Shown here: in pieces, positions 23,627 to 33,735 of the stretch
How positions within the stretch are numbered: the stretch's first letter is position 1
How the letters are laid out: each line of letters starts with the position of its first letter
Origin: a virus
Taxonomy: Duplodnaviria; Caudoviricetes
Direction: 5' to 3' (one strand)
Virus record (IMG/VR): IMGVR_UViG_3300044878_000188
Coordinates: 1 to 50,880 of that record
DNA: 50,880 nt
Translations under genes and position numbers: made by a program
The notes under the pieces: model-generated
Databases searched by the model: none
What the model was told of the DNA's origin: nothing
What the model saw: only the letters and a program-made list of their open reading frames with translations

Positions 23627-26395
23627 TCAATCACTCCCATCAGTCAAAGACGCGCCACGACGCTGTGCCAGCGGATCGCTGGCCATCATCATTGGCATCA
23701 TTTCCCCTTTCAGCCGAGCGAGGATCTGGTCAGTTAGGCGCTTGTCATACGCAGGGTCGCCAGTTGGCGACATGGTGATCGTTGGCGAAAAAACCATTGG
23801 CGTAGGCGGCACAGCAGCCTTTACGACATCCTTTGCGACGTCGCTTGGCGCGCTGAGTCTGTCAAGAATCGCGGCCAACTTTTCGCCCAACCATTCGCCG
23901 GCACTACTGCCGGCAAGACTCCCGCCAATGCCGCCGACAGCGCCACCGATCGCAGTCCCCACGCCTGGAAAAATCATCGTGCCGATCGCGGCGCCAGTAG
24001 CGGCGCCGGCCCAGCCCCCGGCCATGCTGCCAGCCATCCCACCAACCGCTCCGCCAACTTGCCCGGCGTCACCATTGGCGAGGCCGTCCGCAGCTGCCAG
24101 GCCACCGCTGATAAGCATCATCGGAACAGCCGCCCGGCCAGCGAGTTTCGTGGCAGTGCTAAGCCCTTTCCCACCCATTGCCGCAGCCTTGCCGAGCGCA
24201 CTTGGCGCTCCCTCAGCTGCTGCAGCAGCGGCCACCAGCGTGGGAGCCGAACCTAGAGCCCTTCCAGCGGCGGCGCCGCCTGCAGTCGACAAAAACGGCG
24301 CGCGCGGAATCGCCGTACCAGGCTTAACAGGCGACAGCTTTCCGCCCTTACCACCCTTACCGCCTTTACCTCCCGAGCCAATACCGCCAGAAGCGCCCAG
24401 GCGCCCCATGGTGGCGTTTAAGCGCGCCACCGCGAGATCCGCCTGTGTTGCGGTGCGCGCGGTGCTGGCATCGAGCTTGGCGCGAGCCAGGGCACCACGG
24501 TTGGCCCCCTGCCCAAGCATCAAGCCGACATATTTCAGAGCCAGCGCGCCGCCCTTCAGCAGCGTCATGCCGCCAGCAGCCACAGCAAGCGCGGCCGTGA
24601 TGTTTGGGAATTTCTCGGCAGCGTCGCCCAGGTAATTGACCATCGAGCCCAGCGGGCCGAGGACGTAATTCAGCGCCGGCAGCATGGCCGTACCGATGAG
24701 CGTCGACAGGCGAGTCAGCGACGCAGTAAACGAGTTCCAACCGGTTCTCGAGGTATTGGCCACCCCGGCCGCCTCCTGCATCATCGAGCCATTTTCACCG
24801 AGCACCGATGTTGCGTATTTGGACTTATCACTCACCAGGTCAAAGGCGCGCTGCACCTCGCCAAGGTTCAACAGCAGCGGCTGGATCGCGCCGATCGACT
24901 CCGATCCGAAAAGCTGCGTGGCCAAGGCCGATTGCTTTTCTTGCGGCTGAGCCTTGAGCGCCTCGAGGACGGTCATAATCGTTTTTGGCGCGTCCTGCTG
25001 CATCTTCGCGGCCAGATCCTCAGGATCGAAACCGAGCTCCTCCCACGTCTCTTTCTGGCCCTTCGTCGCCGCCTCGCCCTTCGTCATAGCGCTGAGGAAG
25101 TTTTTAAATCCAGTACCGGCGATTTCCTTCTCAGTGCCAGGGTTCAAAAGAGCCGCCGACAATGCCGCCGTTTGCTCGGGCTTCAGGCCCGACGCCGAAC
25201 CAACGGCCCCGTAACGCTTCACTACCGACGCAATGTCTGCAGAGGAGGCGTTGAAGTTGTTCCCGAGGTAGTTCGTCGAGTCCGCAAGGTCGAGCGTCTG
25301 CTCGCGGTTGAGCATCATCGACGCACGCCAGCCGGCCATAATTTCGCCGGATTCCTGCGAGCTCACGTCGAACGCCGAACCCATGATCGCCGCGTCGCGC
25401 GTAAATTCCATGATCGCTTTTTGTTTCGCGACCTGGTCTACCTTGCCCGACGCGTCTTTCTGGTCGTTACCGATACCCGACTGCCCCGCCGCGTACTCGA
25501 TTTTTGCGAGGTCAACGCCGGTCATTCCGCTCGAGGCGATCAGGCGATCGCTTGCAAGCTTGAGGTTCGCCGACGCCATCGCCTCACGCTGACCAGGTGC
25601 GAAATCAATCACCTTGCCAACGTCGGCCATGGCGGTTTCCATGTCCATGGCCTGGTTGATCGGACGGCTGGCCACGTATGCCATTGCCGCCGTCTCGACC
25701 ATCTGCCCGCGCAGATCCGCACGCTGGCCACGGTTGGTGTCCATGCGCGCCTGCGCGCTGCCTACCGCCTCCAGGCGAGCCCGTTGGGCCGCCAATGCCG
25801 CGTTAGCCGACTTGGTCGACTCCTCGAGGCGCTTCTGCTCGCTGGCCAGCTTGCCGGTGTCAACGCCGGCCGCCGTCAGCTCAGTTTGCAAGCGCTTAAG
25901 TTCGTTCCGCTCGCCACGCTGAGCGGCTGTCAGCGTGCGCAAACTCGCTGTCGCCTTGTCCTGCGACGTGTCGAGCTTTCGGACCTCCGCGCTGGCGCTA
26001 TTGAGCTCGCGCTGCAGCCTGGTCGTCTCTGCACGGGCCGCACGCATTTGCGCAGCCGTGGTGCCGGTGGCTGACTCTAGCGCCTTGAGTGCCGTCGACG
26101 CCTGCTCAAACTCCTGTTTCAGCTTTTCGACCCGTTCGGCCGCTGCCTTGTGCTCGCGACCGAGACGGACCTGCTCGACGCGAGCCGCCTGCAGCGCCGT
26201 CGTCGTCTTCTCGACCTTGGCCGTCAGCGACGCATAACCGTCTGCCGATCTAGCCGTGCGATTGAGCTTGTCGAGCTCGGCTCGCTGAGACTTGATCCCC
26301 GCCTCGATCGCGCCGGCTTTCTTCTTGAAGTCGCCGAACGTACTCGAGTACGCATCATGCGCAGCAAGGCGTAACGAAAATTTCGACTCAGCCAT
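23627..26395 (-). CDS. Tape measure protein
   Basis: 922 aa, Ala/Gly-rich, TP901-type core (METAMADVGKV..., LFGSE). Confidence 0.9.
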   Translation of the reverse strand: MAESKFSLRLAAHDAYSSTFGDFKKKAGAIEAGIKSQRAELDKLNRTARSADGYASLTAKVEKTTTALQAARVEQVRLGREHKAAAERVEKLKQEFEQASTALKALESATGTTAAQMRAARAETTRLQRELNSASAEVRKLDTSQDKATASLRTLTAAQRGERNELKRLQTELTAAGVDTGKLASEQKRLEESTKSANAALAAQRARLEAVGSAQARMDTNRGQRADLRGQMVETAAMAYVASRPINQAMDMETAMADVGKVIDFAPGQREAMASANLKLASDRLIASSGMTGVDLAKIEYAAGQSGIGNDQKDASGKVDQVAKQKAIMEFTRDAAIMGSAFDVSSQESGEIMAGWRASMMLNREQTLDLADSTNYLGNNFNASSADIASVVKRYGAVGSASGLKPEQTAALSAALLNPGTEKEIAGTGFKNFLSAMTKGEAATKGQKETWEELGFDPEDLAAKMQQDAPKTIMTVLEALKAQPQEKQSALATQLFGSESIGAIQPLLLNLGEVQRAFDLVSDKSKYATSVLGENGSMMQEAAGVANTSRTGWNSFTASLTRLSTLIGTAMLPALNYVLGPLGSMVNYLGDAAEKFPNITAALAVAAGGMTLLKGGALALKYVGLMLGQGANRGALARAKLDASTARTATQADLAVARLNATMGRLGASGGIGSGGKGGKGGKGGKLSPVKPGTAIPRAPFLSTAGGAAAGRALGSAPTLVAAAAAAEGAPSALGKAAAMGGKGLSTATKLAGRAAVPMMLISGGLAAADGLANGDAGQVGGAVGGMAGSMAGGWAGAATGAAIGTMIFPGVGTAIGGAVGGIGGSLAGSSAGEWLGEKLAAILDRLSAPSDVAKDVVKAAVPPTPMVFSPTITMSPTGDPAYDKRLTDQILARLKGEMMPMMMASDPLAQRRGASLTDGSD

Positions 26396-26398
26396 GCC

Positions 26399-26569
26399 CT
26401 ACCCCTTTTTCGCGCCCAGGCGCGCGATCGCTAACTCGTAGCGACGCATGCCCTTGCCGGCGTCCCATTCCAGAATTTCCGCCTCGGATACGTGGTAAAC
26501 GAGGGGCACAACGTCGAGGATTACGTCGACGTCTCGCTCCGAAAGAAGGCAGCCGGACGATTCAAAAAA
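26399..26569 (-). CDS. -1 frameshift extension of the tail assembly chaperone (E+E'-like)
   Basis: Slippery TTTTTTG at 26569-26563; the -1 frame is open to TAG 26399 (...VYHVSEAEILEWD...). Confidence 0.75.
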   Translation of the reverse strand, partial: FFESSGCLLSERDVDVILDVVPLVYHVSEAEILEWDAGKGMRRYELAIARLGAKKG

Positions 26570-27108
26570 TCGCTAAGACGCTCCTGCAGCTGCGTCCAGT
26601 CGGGCAGGCTCAGACTCTGCACCTCAGGCACCGACAGGCCGACGCAGTGGGCGCTTACGAAGTCCGCGCGCTCGTTTGGCGTCTTGAGCTTGCGCATAGC
26701 CTTCGAGACTTTCATCGCCGGCACCTGGATCTGCAGACGCTCGACAACGCGACCGCCAAAAGCCTTGATCGGCACGAGCAGCGGGAAGTCGTCGGGGCTT
26801 TCAGGCTTGCAGCCGGTGAAGTACGTACCAGGCAACTTGATGTAGTCGTGAATCAGGTCGACCAGGGCCACATAATCTGGCTGCTTGATCTGCTCGAGCA
26901 CGCTCGCCGGCAGGCCGCTGGCAACCACGAGGATCTGCTCGAACTGGTCGTCGTTGTCCTTCCCCGCCTTCACAATGGCCGCCCGGTGCTCTGCGACATT
27001 GATCGGACGCAGCGGGATCTCGCCAAGGGAGTCGCCATTCTCGAGGGAGATCGGGAAAAGCAACGGATACGACGGCATAACCCAATTTACTGGCTGTTCT
27101 TCTTGCAT
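26521..27108 (-). CDS. Tail assembly chaperone (duplicated gpE-like domain)
   Basis: Two PLL.PI...PD(Y/W) modules; lies between tube and tape measure. Confidence 0.8.
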   Translation of the reverse strand: MQEEQPVNWVMPSYPLLFPISLENGDSLGEIPLRPINVAEHRAAIVKAGKDNDDQFEQILVVASGLPASVLEQIKQPDYVALVDLIHDYIKLPGTYFTGCKPESPDDFPLLVPIKAFGGRVVERLQIQVPAMKVSKAMRKLKTPNERADFVSAHCVGLSVPEVQSLSLPDWTQLQERLSDFLNRPAAFFRSETST

Positions 27109-27170
27109 TTTTTACTTTCCTTCGAGCAACAAAAAACCGCCCGGAGGCGGCTATTTGAGTAGAGAGAGGG

Positions 27171-27677
27171 TTAAGGCATCAGAGCCAGGCGGCGGGCGCC
27201 TTTCAGGTAGTCGACACCGTTGATTACGCACTTCTGCGTGCGAGTGTCGATATCGATTACCGGCACGCCCATTTCAAGGCGCTGGTAGCTGCGCAGGGAG
27301 ATCTCGAGGATCGTTACCGGCTTGTCGCCCATCTTGATCGTTTTTTCTTCCTGCTTTTTCAACTTGCCGCAGCAGACGTGATAGGCAAACCATTCGTTGC
27401 CCTCCTGGTCCTCGCCAGCCTCCTGCACGCTGAGCAGGATCTCGTTACCGCCAGACACGCCCATGGCGAGAAAGATCGGCAAACCAACGCCCTGCAGAGT
27501 CAGCTTTGACGACAGTGCTTTCATGCCAACCGCCATTTCCTCCTCAATGAAACGGCCGCCGCGCATCGCTTCCTGATCGAACTCGATCGGCGGCGGGTCG
27601 AAATCTTCAATCGTGGCCATCAACGGCAGACCTTGCAGGGTCGCCGTAATCATCTGCCTTACGCGGTTAGTGAACAT
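27171..27677 (-). CDS. Tail tube protein (FII-like)
   Basis: 168 aa, follows the sheath; IDID...INGVDYL motif. Confidence 0.88.
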   Translation of the reverse strand: MFTNRVRQMITATLQGLPLMATIEDFDPPPIEFDQEAMRGGRFIEEEMAVGMKALSSKLTLQGVGLPIFLAMGVSGGNEILLSVQEAGEDQEGNEWFAYHVCCGKLKKQEEKTIKMGDKPVTILEISLRSYQRLEMGVPVIDIDTRTQKCVINGVDYLKGARRLALMP

Positions 27678-28843
27678 TAGAGAACATCCTCCAGGAATTC
27701 TTCGATGATGGCGTCGCTGGCGTTGAGCTGGTAGATCATGTGCTCGTTGGGTGCGTAGCGGCCGTAGTCAATGCACAGATACCAAGTGCCGTTTTTGTAC
27801 TTCTCGACGCTGTTCAATTCCGGGTGCAAGTAGACCTTGCCGCCAGGGATCGTCTCGTCGGCGACCAGGTCCTGCATAAACAGGTTGATCCGCGTTACTT
27901 CCTGCTCCATCGCGCGCTTGGTCAGGTTCTTAGACATGACCTTTTGCGCCGCCTTGATGAGCTTGCGCGAGATGGCGTCCTCGAGGCCGACGTAACTGAT
28001 GAATTTGCCGGTGATCGAGCGGTTTCCGATCAGCGAGAAGCCGCCGAGGATGGTTCGGGCGTAGTAGCTGACGCCGTAACGGTTGAGCAGATCCCCGTCG
28101 GTCGACTTGTCCAGGATGTTGTATTCGACCGTCCGCGAGACGTCAGCCGCATACGTGACCTGGTTGCCGGGGCTTTCCCACTGCTTGACGCTGGCCAGCG
28201 CAGCAATGGCCAGGCTCGACGGTGGCAAAAAGACGTTTGCCTTGGCCGCCTTCGAGTAAACCGCTGGCATCTGGTGAACCATGTAGCAGCGGTCGTAACC
28301 CAGCGCGGCGCCGCCGATCGACTGGCTGTTCAACACCTGGCCGGCGACGGTGACGTCTTTGCCGTCCAGAACCACGCGGGCGCGCATGCGCTGACCCAGC
28401 GACGCGAGCTCGCTATGCACCGACTGCTCGGACGAGAAGCCTGGCGCGCCGAGGATGGTCGGATCTTCGAGGCAGGTCGTCAGCGCCGCCATACCCTGCA
28501 GCTGGCCAGACTCGACATCAACGCCACCAATAACGTTATTGATCGTATCGGCCGGGGTTGCTCCCGCCTCGACAACAACGACGTAGATTGGAACCTTGAC
28601 GACCTTGAGGATCTGCTTGACCGTCAAAAACAGCGTGCCTTCCTCGTCACCGGTCGGGTCCAGCATGTCGGCCTGCAGCTGGCCGCTAATGCGGAAAGGA
28701 GCATTGAGCGGGATGCCCAAAGCGCGGTTTGGCGCGGTGCCGACGAGGCCGATTACGTTATCGCCAATCCCGCCCATCGACTCGGGCGGCTCGTTCGATT
28801 CGATCGAAACGCCGTTGTGTTCAAAATTCAGTACTTCAGCCAT
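27677..28843 (-). CDS. Tail sheath protein (FI-like)
   Basis: HNGV, VIGLVGTAP, ILGAPGFS, WESPGN and GNR motifs. Confidence 0.9.
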   Translation of the reverse strand: MAEVLNFEHNGVSIESNEPPESMGGIGDNVIGLVGTAPNRALGIPLNAPFRISGQLQADMLDPTGDEEGTLFLTVKQILKVVKVPIYVVVVEAGATPADTINNVIGGVDVESGQLQGMAALTTCLEDPTILGAPGFSSEQSVHSELASLGQRMRARVVLDGKDVTVAGQVLNSQSIGGAALGYDRCYMVHQMPAVYSKAAKANVFLPPSSLAIAALASVKQWESPGNQVTYAADVSRTVEYNILDKSTDGDLLNRYGVSYYARTILGGFSLIGNRSITGKFISYVGLEDAISRKLIKAAQKVMSKNLTKRAMEQEVTRINLFMQDLVADETIPGGKVYLHPELNSVEKYKNGTWYLCIDYGRYAPNEHMIYQLNASDAIIEEFLEDVL

Positions 28844-28845
28844 GT

Positions 28846-29058
28846 TTACTCAGCCTTCGCAGTGGTTTTCTTTGCCGCTGGCGCCTGAGCAGCCGCTGCG
28901 GCTGCCTCGGCTTCGATCAGGGCGGTTTGTTTGATGCGGCCTGCCGTTTCCAGCGCGTGGGCCTGCACGTCCATCAGATCGACCGTGGAGCCCTTGGCGG
29001 CGTAGTGGCCGCCCCCGGTGGGGAACGGGATCAGCACGGTGTAGTTTTTGCGGGACAT
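28846..29058 (-). CDS. Small protein upstream of the sheath
   Basis: GGAG SD, 70 aa, MSRKNYTVLIPFP... Confidence 0.65.
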   Translation of the reverse strand: MSRKNYTVLIPFPTGGGHYAAKGSTVDLMDVQAHALETAGRIKQTALIEAEAAAAAAQAPAAKKTTAKAE

Positions 29059-29116
29059 TCGAATTCTCCAGGCGAAAAAAAACCGCTTTCGCGGCTCGGA
29101 TGCTTGTCGGCATGAC

Positions 29117-30565
29117 TTACAGATGAATAACGGCCAGCAGGGCGACGTTTCGGCCTCGGCTCTCGCTTCCACCGCTCGCGTCGACAGTAATTGCGTGGCC
29201 GTGATTGGCGACGGAGTCGACAGTAATTGTGTGGCCATGATTGGCGACGGAGTCGACAGTAATTGTGTGGCCGTGATCGGCGACAGCATCGACAGTTACG
29301 GTGTGACTGTGATTGCCGACGGCGTCGACGGTGATGTTGTGAGCGTGCCCGCCTGCCGAAGTGGTGGTGGTTGCAACGGTAGGAGTTTCGGTCCCGTTTA
29401 GCGGGTTTCGCGGCTCGGCCGGAGTGCCAAGGTCAGAACCGTCCGGGGTTGTGTTGCCGTAGTGGACATTGTGGGTGTGCTCGCCCTGGCTATCAGACGA
29501 GGCCGTGTGCGCGTGGCCGCCTGCCGCGCCAGAAGAAGCCGTGTGCGCGTGGCCGCCTGCCGCGCCAGAAGAAGCCGTGTGCGCGTGGCCGCCTGCTGCG
29601 CCAGAAGAAGCCGTGTGCGCGTGACCGCCATTCTCGGCGCTGCTTGCCGTGTGTGCGTGCGACTTGTTTGCCGAATCCTGCCAGATACCAAACCCGCGAC
29701 CAACGTCAATCCCGCGAGCATCATCCCAAGCGCGCAAATGCTCGGCGCGCAGATCAGGCACCATGAATTGAGTCGCCGAGATCTCGGCATAAAACGGCGT
29801 GCCAGGCTGCCAGGAGACCAAAGGCACCACGACGCCGGCCTCTTGCGCCCATGACCACAAACCCGGCGCGACGACTTTATCCAGGATGACGCCATTCGCC
29901 TTGATCGTTCCGGGCTCCGGCGTCGGCCGTCCAATCAGGCTGATCCGGCCGCACTCCACCGACCGATACCAATCACCAAACCAGCGCATAATGCCCAGCG
30001 GCCAGACATAAATCAGGCTGCCGAGGTTTTGGGCGGGAACAACGTCGTAATAGCGGATAACTCCTGCCACCAACCCGTCGGTATATTGCCGCGAGGTTTC
30101 GGCGCTATTGTCCACGTATTGCCTGGTAGCCATGACGACCGCAGGATCTACCTTCAGCGTCACATTCTCGACACTTCCAACATCAACCATGATACGGATC
30201 AGCAAAACTCGACCCGTCCCGCTTGAGATTTTCGGCTTCCATGTCTTGGGATAATTAGAGATCGCCACCAAGTCGCCAGCGCTATCGTAGAGCCCGACCT
30301 CGTTTACCTCCCAATCTCCATCCTCTACCGGCACGGCCATTTCGACGATAACCACGCTCGGATCTTCCTCCGGCGAGTAAACCGTATTGACCTCACTCCG
30401 GTACTTCTCAGAAACCAGCACCGTTTCCGGGCCGGGCTCTGCACTCGCGGGGTTTCCATCGCCGAGGGCCGCATGAGTGATCGTTAGCGGCTGGCCAAGC
30501 AAACCGGCTTGGGCCAGTTTTCCGGCACCTACCGTCGTCAAGGTGCAGTAATACTCAGGCATCAT
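29117..30565 (-). CDS. Tail fibre (P2 gpH-like N-terminus, collar, HxH repeats)
   Basis: LTTVGAGKLA..., VDPAVVMATRQYV, PDLR...WD..RG.D.GR; C-terminal ESRGRNVALL. Confidence 0.88.
   Translation of the reverse strand: MMPEYYCTLTTVGAGKLAQAGLLGQPLTITHAALGDGNPASAEPGPETVLVSEKYRSEVNTVYSPEEDPSVVIVEMAVPVEDGDWEVNEVGLYDSAGDLVAISNYPKTWKPKISSGTGRVLLIRIMVDVGSVENVTLKVDPAVVMATRQYVDNSAETSRQYTDGLVAGVIRYYDVVPAQNLGSLIYVWPLGIMRWFGDWYRSVECGRISLIGRPTPEPGTIKANGVILDKVVAPGLWSWAQEAGVVVPLVSWQPGTPFYAEISATQFMVPDLRAEHLRAWDDARGIDVGRGFGIWQDSANKSHAHTASSAENGGHAHTASSGAAGGHAHTASSGAAGGHAHTASSGAAGGHAHTASSDSQGEHTHNVHYGNTTPDGSDLGTPAEPRNPLNGTETPTVATTTTSAGGHAHNITVDAVGNHSHTVTVDAVADHGHTITVDSVANHGHTITVDSVANHGHAITVDASGGSESRGRNVALLAVIHL
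29180..29660 (-). repeat. Two blocks of 36-bp coding repeats in the fibre tip
   Basis: HAHTASSGAAGG repeats (about 29502-29660) and HGHTITVDSVAN-type repeats (about 29180-29360). Confidence 0.85.
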
Positions 30566-30579
30566 TTAAATTCTCTCGG

Positions 30580-30604
30580 AAAAAGCCCGCAACTTGGCGG
30601 GCTT
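30580..30604 (-). terminator. Terminator after the tailspike module
   Basis: AAGCCCGC-loop-GCGGGC followed by T5 on the minus strand. Confidence 0.7.
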
Positions 30605-30624
30605 CCATTGAATTTTGCGGCGAG

Positions 30625-31371
30625 TCAGTAAACCGACTCTGCCAACATTGCCTCCAGCGACGCCAGTTCCGCGCCGACCAGCGCCTTTGAAAAGCCGATG
30701 GGGACGCGATAGGAGCCAATCCGCATTTGGGGTGTGCCGGCATTGATCTGCCCGAACATCAGTTCGTTTTTCACCACCATGGTTTTAAGTGCGGGATCGG
30801 CCAGCGTATCGACCAACACGCCGTTGATGCGCAAACGCAGCTCCCCGGCCGCGCGGTCATAGATGAACACCACCGCCGTCATTTTGGCGTTGTTCAACAG
30901 TGGGCCCGTGTAGCTGTCGTAGGTATTTCGCGCTGCAGTGCCCAGCCCAAAGCGAATTTTCCCTAGGGAACTGCTAACGAACCAAGTATCCCAAGGATTT
31001 CCCGCTGCACTAAAGGACCCACAGCCGACCTCCAGCCCCACCACGACCCCAATGGTGAAGCCGCCGGAGGCGGGGAACACCGCCTGCTTAAGCACCTGCT
31101 CCTGCGCATTGATCGAATAAGCAGGGTGGCCATCGGCAAAATTGATAAAGCGGCTAGCAACAGACGCCGCACCGGAAGTTGGGCACGCTACGTCAGTGAC
31201 ACGATCCCGGAAGCCAGTACCTGCCGGGTCGATGTCCCAGCTGAACAGCCCTGGCCAATACAGCAAGCTATCGATATTAGCCACCGCCAATTCGTTCGCA
31301 GTGATGTCCAACAGCGGCAGGCCCGGCACGGTCACGCTGCCTTCCAGTTGCAAAATTTGACGTACAGTCAT
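30625..31371 (-). CDS. LamG/concanavalin-like accessory protein of the tailspike
   Basis: Beta-rich; VVFIYD...LRLRINGVLV pattern; coupled to the tailspike gene. Confidence 0.55.
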   Translation of the reverse strand: MTVRQILQLEGSVTVPGLPLLDITANELAVANIDSLLYWPGLFSWDIDPAGTGFRDRVTDVACPTSGAASVASRFINFADGHPAYSINAQEQVLKQAVFPASGGFTIGVVVGLEVGCGSFSAAGNPWDTWFVSSSLGKIRFGLGTAARNTYDSYTGPLLNNAKMTAVVFIYDRAAGELRLRINGVLVDTLADPALKTMVVKNELMFGQINAGTPQMRIGSYRVPIGFSKALVGAELASLEAMLAESVY

Positions 31372-31374
31372 TGC

Positions 31375-33735
31375 TTAAATCCCTTCGATTGTTTTACGGA
31401 ACGAAACACACCAGTTGTACAGATAGGAATCATCAAACCGGGAACGGTCCCTGGTATCGGCGTCACGCAGGCAACCACGAGGGCCACCGCTAGGTTTGGA
31501 GCCAGCAGTCAACTGCATGGCGTATTCGAGCTGGGTGCCGGCCACCGGCGCCGCCGACAGCGCGAGCACCACGGAGTGGCCATCGGCAGCCAAGGCGACG
31601 CTGGTAATCGACACGGCCGGGTCGGTCAGGGCGAAGCCATAGTTGCCCGGGTTGATCACCGTGTGGTCATCCAGCACCAGCGCGCCAACCGGACCCGCCG
31701 TACTCGGCGCCCCGTCCGGGTTGTTGTTGAAGGTGACCGTCAACGTCGTGCCGGCCAGACTCACCGCCAGCGGGCGCAACGGCTGCCACTTGGCCCCGAG
31801 CAGGGCGAAGCGTTCGGCACGGGCCTCGATCTCGCCGATCTTGACGTAGCCTTCGGCGATGCTGTGCGACGAGTCCCAGTACGGGAACTGGTACTTTGGA
31901 CCGACCAGGCACAGCTGCTGATTGGTTTCATGGGCCAGCAACTGCCCCAGCGGAATCTCCTGCGTGGCTGAATAGATGGTGCTCATCTGCGACAGGAAAC
32001 CCTTCGGCGCGATGGTCTGCCCGGTAATGGCCATCACGTCAGCGCTGTAGTCAGACACCCACTCGGCCAGGTAGCCGGCATAGGCCGCCGCCGAGGTGGC
32101 CAGCTGCGACTCGCCATGAATGATCGAGATCGAGTGGACGATGTGCTCCCAGCCATTGGCCACGGCCAGGGTATGCGCGTTCTGCGTGGCGGTAATCGCC
32201 CCGGCATACGTGCTGGTCCCTTTTTTCAGGTTGGCATAGGGCACGCCGCCGCTGCCGTGCACGGTGGCCAGCAAGCGCAGGTCGGTGCGCGTGGCGCGGA
32301 CCGCCCAGCGGCGCAAGGCCAGTGCCCAGGACGAACTGATGGTTTCGCCGAGTACGCCGTTGGGGTATTCGCGGATCGGGATAAACGCCGGCGTCAACGC
32401 CATGTTCGGCCGTGGCCCGCCTTGCAGCGACAGGCAATAATCGCGCATGTCTTCCGGGATCGAGGTGGTGAATAGGTCACCAATGCCGGGGACGCCGTCG
32501 ATGCTGCCATTGACGCCCGGTTCAAACGCATACGCGCCGTTCTGATTGATGATGTAGCCACGCGAACCGAGGGACAACGACTGCCCGGTGATAATCTTCT
32601 GCAACAGCACCTTACCTTCGTGGAACTTGAAGCCACTGGGCAGGATGCTGTAGGGCTTGATCGCCCCGACCGCTTCGCGCAGGCAACGGACGATGTTGCC
32701 GGCAATGACCACCGGTGACAGCCAGTTGGCCCCGGCCGAGGTCAGCTGGCGGTAGGTCGCACCATCATGCACCATGATCTGCTGTTCCCCAGCCACGGTG
32801 ACTTCCCGGGCCAGCCACTGCGGCACTTCGGTAGCACCAGCGGTCGGTTGCGAGGCGGCGACCAGGTCCAGCCGCGCCGACAGCTCAACCGTGTCCGCAG
32901 CGACCTGGCTGACACTCTCGGTCAATGCCTCGACCTGCTGCTCCAGAAAGCCCTCATCCGCTTTAGAAGCCAACACTACCGAACCGCCCGCCACAATCAC
33001 CAGGGGCTGCTTGTAGTTCTGGCTACGTGGCCGCTTCTTCGTCGCATACAGGCTGGCCAAATCGGACTGAAGCGCCGCGATCTGCTGCCCGAAAAGTGAG
33101 CTATTCAGGTCGGCCGCCATCACCACCGAGCTACCCGAAACGACTACGAACGGCTGGCTGTAGCCCTGGCTGCGCGGACGCTTTTTTGGCTTTAGCTGGT
33201 CCGTCAGCGCAGCCTGCTTTACGTACTCTTGATGCTCGTGCTTTGAGTGAAATACCCCATCCCGATCCAGGTAAGCCAACAACTGATTGCCCAGAGTGAG
33301 CGCAAGGGTAGTGCCTGACATTCCTCTCGGCAGTCGGCGCGGCAGACGGGCCGACAATTTGGTAATAGCCACGGTGCTCGGATAGCGCTTGACCTCGGTC
33401 GCGCCCCCCGGATCGTTGCGGTACATGATCAGGAACTCGCTGGATTCAGGGCTCGGAACACTGAAAAAACCACCCGGCGAAGTGCCGGCCAGCCCCAGCG
33501 CAATCGTGCCGTACGTCAGCGCACCGGCCATCTGGCTGGCCACCTCCTCGAGTGAGGCCGTGACTTTCGCCTGAGCCTGCACCGCCTGCTTAGCTAGCGT
33601 CGGCACCGGGCCAGATTCCGTAATCACGTCGGTTACATCACTACCATTAACCACCTGATACAGCTTCTCAGTGGCAAGTTCAGCAATGGAGACCATGGCC
33701 TCTTCTCGCTCGGCAATAGTCTCGTTATTAGCCAT
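31375..33735 (-). CDS. Tailspike with an SGNH/carbohydrate-esterase domain
   Basis: Virion-attachment N-terminus (TESGPVPTLAK); GQSLS, IHGES and DSSH motifs. Confidence 0.7.
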   Translation of the reverse strand: MANNETIAEREEAMVSIAELATEKLYQVVNGSDVTDVITESGPVPTLAKQAVQAQAKVTASLEEVASQMAGALTYGTIALGLAGTSPGGFFSVPSPESSEFLIMYRNDPGGATEVKRYPSTVAITKLSARLPRRLPRGMSGTTLALTLGNQLLAYLDRDGVFHSKHEHQEYVKQAALTDQLKPKKRPRSQGYSQPFVVVSGSSVVMAADLNSSLFGQQIAALQSDLASLYATKKRPRSQNYKQPLVIVAGGSVVLASKADEGFLEQQVEALTESVSQVAADTVELSARLDLVAASQPTAGATEVPQWLAREVTVAGEQQIMVHDGATYRQLTSAGANWLSPVVIAGNIVRCLREAVGAIKPYSILPSGFKFHEGKVLLQKIITGQSLSLGSRGYIINQNGAYAFEPGVNGSIDGVPGIGDLFTTSIPEDMRDYCLSLQGGPRPNMALTPAFIPIREYPNGVLGETISSSWALALRRWAVRATRTDLRLLATVHGSGGVPYANLKKGTSTYAGAITATQNAHTLAVANGWEHIVHSISIIHGESQLATSAAAYAGYLAEWVSDYSADVMAITGQTIAPKGFLSQMSTIYSATQEIPLGQLLAHETNQQLCLVGPKYQFPYWDSSHSIAEGYVKIGEIEARAERFALLGAKWQPLRPLAVSLAGTTLTVTFNNNPDGAPSTAGPVGALVLDDHTVINPGNYGFALTDPAVSITSVALAADGHSVVLALSAAPVAGTQLEYAMQLTAGSKPSGGPRGCLRDADTRDRSRFDDSYLYNWCVSFRKTIEGI

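Noticed and set aside
22911-26074. Long plus-strand ORFs (574 and 380 aa)
   Set aside because: Antisense to the tape measure and tail genes
29059-29289. Repeat-containing N-terminal extension of the 28846 ORF
   Set aside because: Alternative frame of the tail-fibre repeats; the SD supports a start at 29058
29117-33735. DGR or invertible tail-fibre cassette
   Set aside because: No reverse transcriptase, TR/VR pair or invertase seen
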